From the human T2T-CHM13v2.0 reference genome, Homo sapiens, in the NCBI RefSeq assembly GCF_009914755.1, contig NC_060933.1: a stretch of DNA of 64,000 nt; one strand, 5' to 3'. The notes under the pieces are model-generated. The model searched no databases. It worked only from the letters and a program-made list of their open reading frames with translations, and had not been told where the DNA came from. Position numbers and translations under genes: made by a program. Positions 63,202-64,000 of the stretch are shown here, piece after piece. The stretch's first letter is position 1, and each line of letters opens with the position of its first letter.

Positions 63202-64000
63202 ACTAATTGCTTTGCTTATAAGCCTTAAGGATACCTTACAATTAATAACTTTGGTAAAACCTCATTTGAAAAATAAGACTAAGCCTGAGCCAAACGGCAA
63301 AATCCCATCTCTACAAAAAATTAGCCGAGCATGGTGTTGGGTGCCTGTGGTCCCAGCTACTCAGGAGGCTGAGGTGGGAGGATCACTTGAGCTCGGGAGG
63401 TTGAGGCTGCAGTGAGTCAAGATTGTGCCACTGCATTCCAGCATGGGTGACAGAGTGAGACCCTGTCTCAAAAAAAAGAAAAGAAAAAAGTAAGACTAAA
63501 ATCAGTTAGTGACAAAACTTATGTATTACAGCATCTTGACTTAAAAAAAAAACAAACCAAAACCCTTCATTTTCCGAGTTTTTCATAAGCCAGGTATTTT
63601 CTTAAATTTGAAGTCTTAGAAACTTAGGTTATTTTGGCTCGCTAGCTGTATGTGTAGAGTGAAAATAGTATTTCTACATTTGGTCAGTTGCATAATGTTA
63701 CTATACCTTTGATCCATCTGGAATTTATCTTGGTATGCAGTGTGAAGCAAGCATCGGATTCTGCTTTTTTCTAGGTGACTACCCAGTTGTCCCATGACTT
63801 GATTTTAAAAAGCAGCTTTATTATATACCAAATGTTTATATTTTGGGTATTTTTAGGGATTTCTACTTTGTTCCACTAATCTGTATTTGTACCAGTACGA
63901 CACAGCTTTCAGTATTGTATCTTCTAATATTTTAATATCTGATAGGCTAGTCTCCATTTTCTTCGGAGATTTTTTCTTTTTTTTCTGCGTTTGCTTAATT

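Overview
Human/primate genomic DNA, extremely Alu-rich, with almost no protein-coding sequence. The single CpG island (~35.85-36.45 kb) holds a promoter and first exon that I recognise from memory as UBAP1 (9p13.3, + strand; not database-checked). Everything to the right is its long first intron. That intron carries three retrocopies: an RPL35A processed pseudogene (48.4-48.9 kb), a Y4 RNA pseudogene (51.76-51.85 kb) and a 3'-truncated, tail-less 5S rRNA pseudogene (63.1-63.2 kb). It also holds MER21 LTRs, old L1 fragments and two AP-1/ARE motif sites. The upstream intergenic region contains a decayed ERVL-class provirus on the - strand (~15.3-26.0 kb). Its 5' LTR, tRNA-Leu-type PBS and protease, RT and integrase remnants are still readable, and it is broken up by MaLR LTRs, an L1 3' end and many Alus. 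Nearly all ORFs in the supplied track are Alu or microsatellite read-throughs. I found no new multi-gene system. The most interesting items are an old tandem duplication whose two copies were each hit by a different retroposon at almost the same site, a perfect 118-bp duplication inside an old Alu, a strong-Kozak uORF plus phase-matched alternative N-termini at UBAP1 exon 1, an AP-1/NF-Y/ARE intronic motif cluster, and a non-repeat hairpin containing an ARE and a second AP-1 site.
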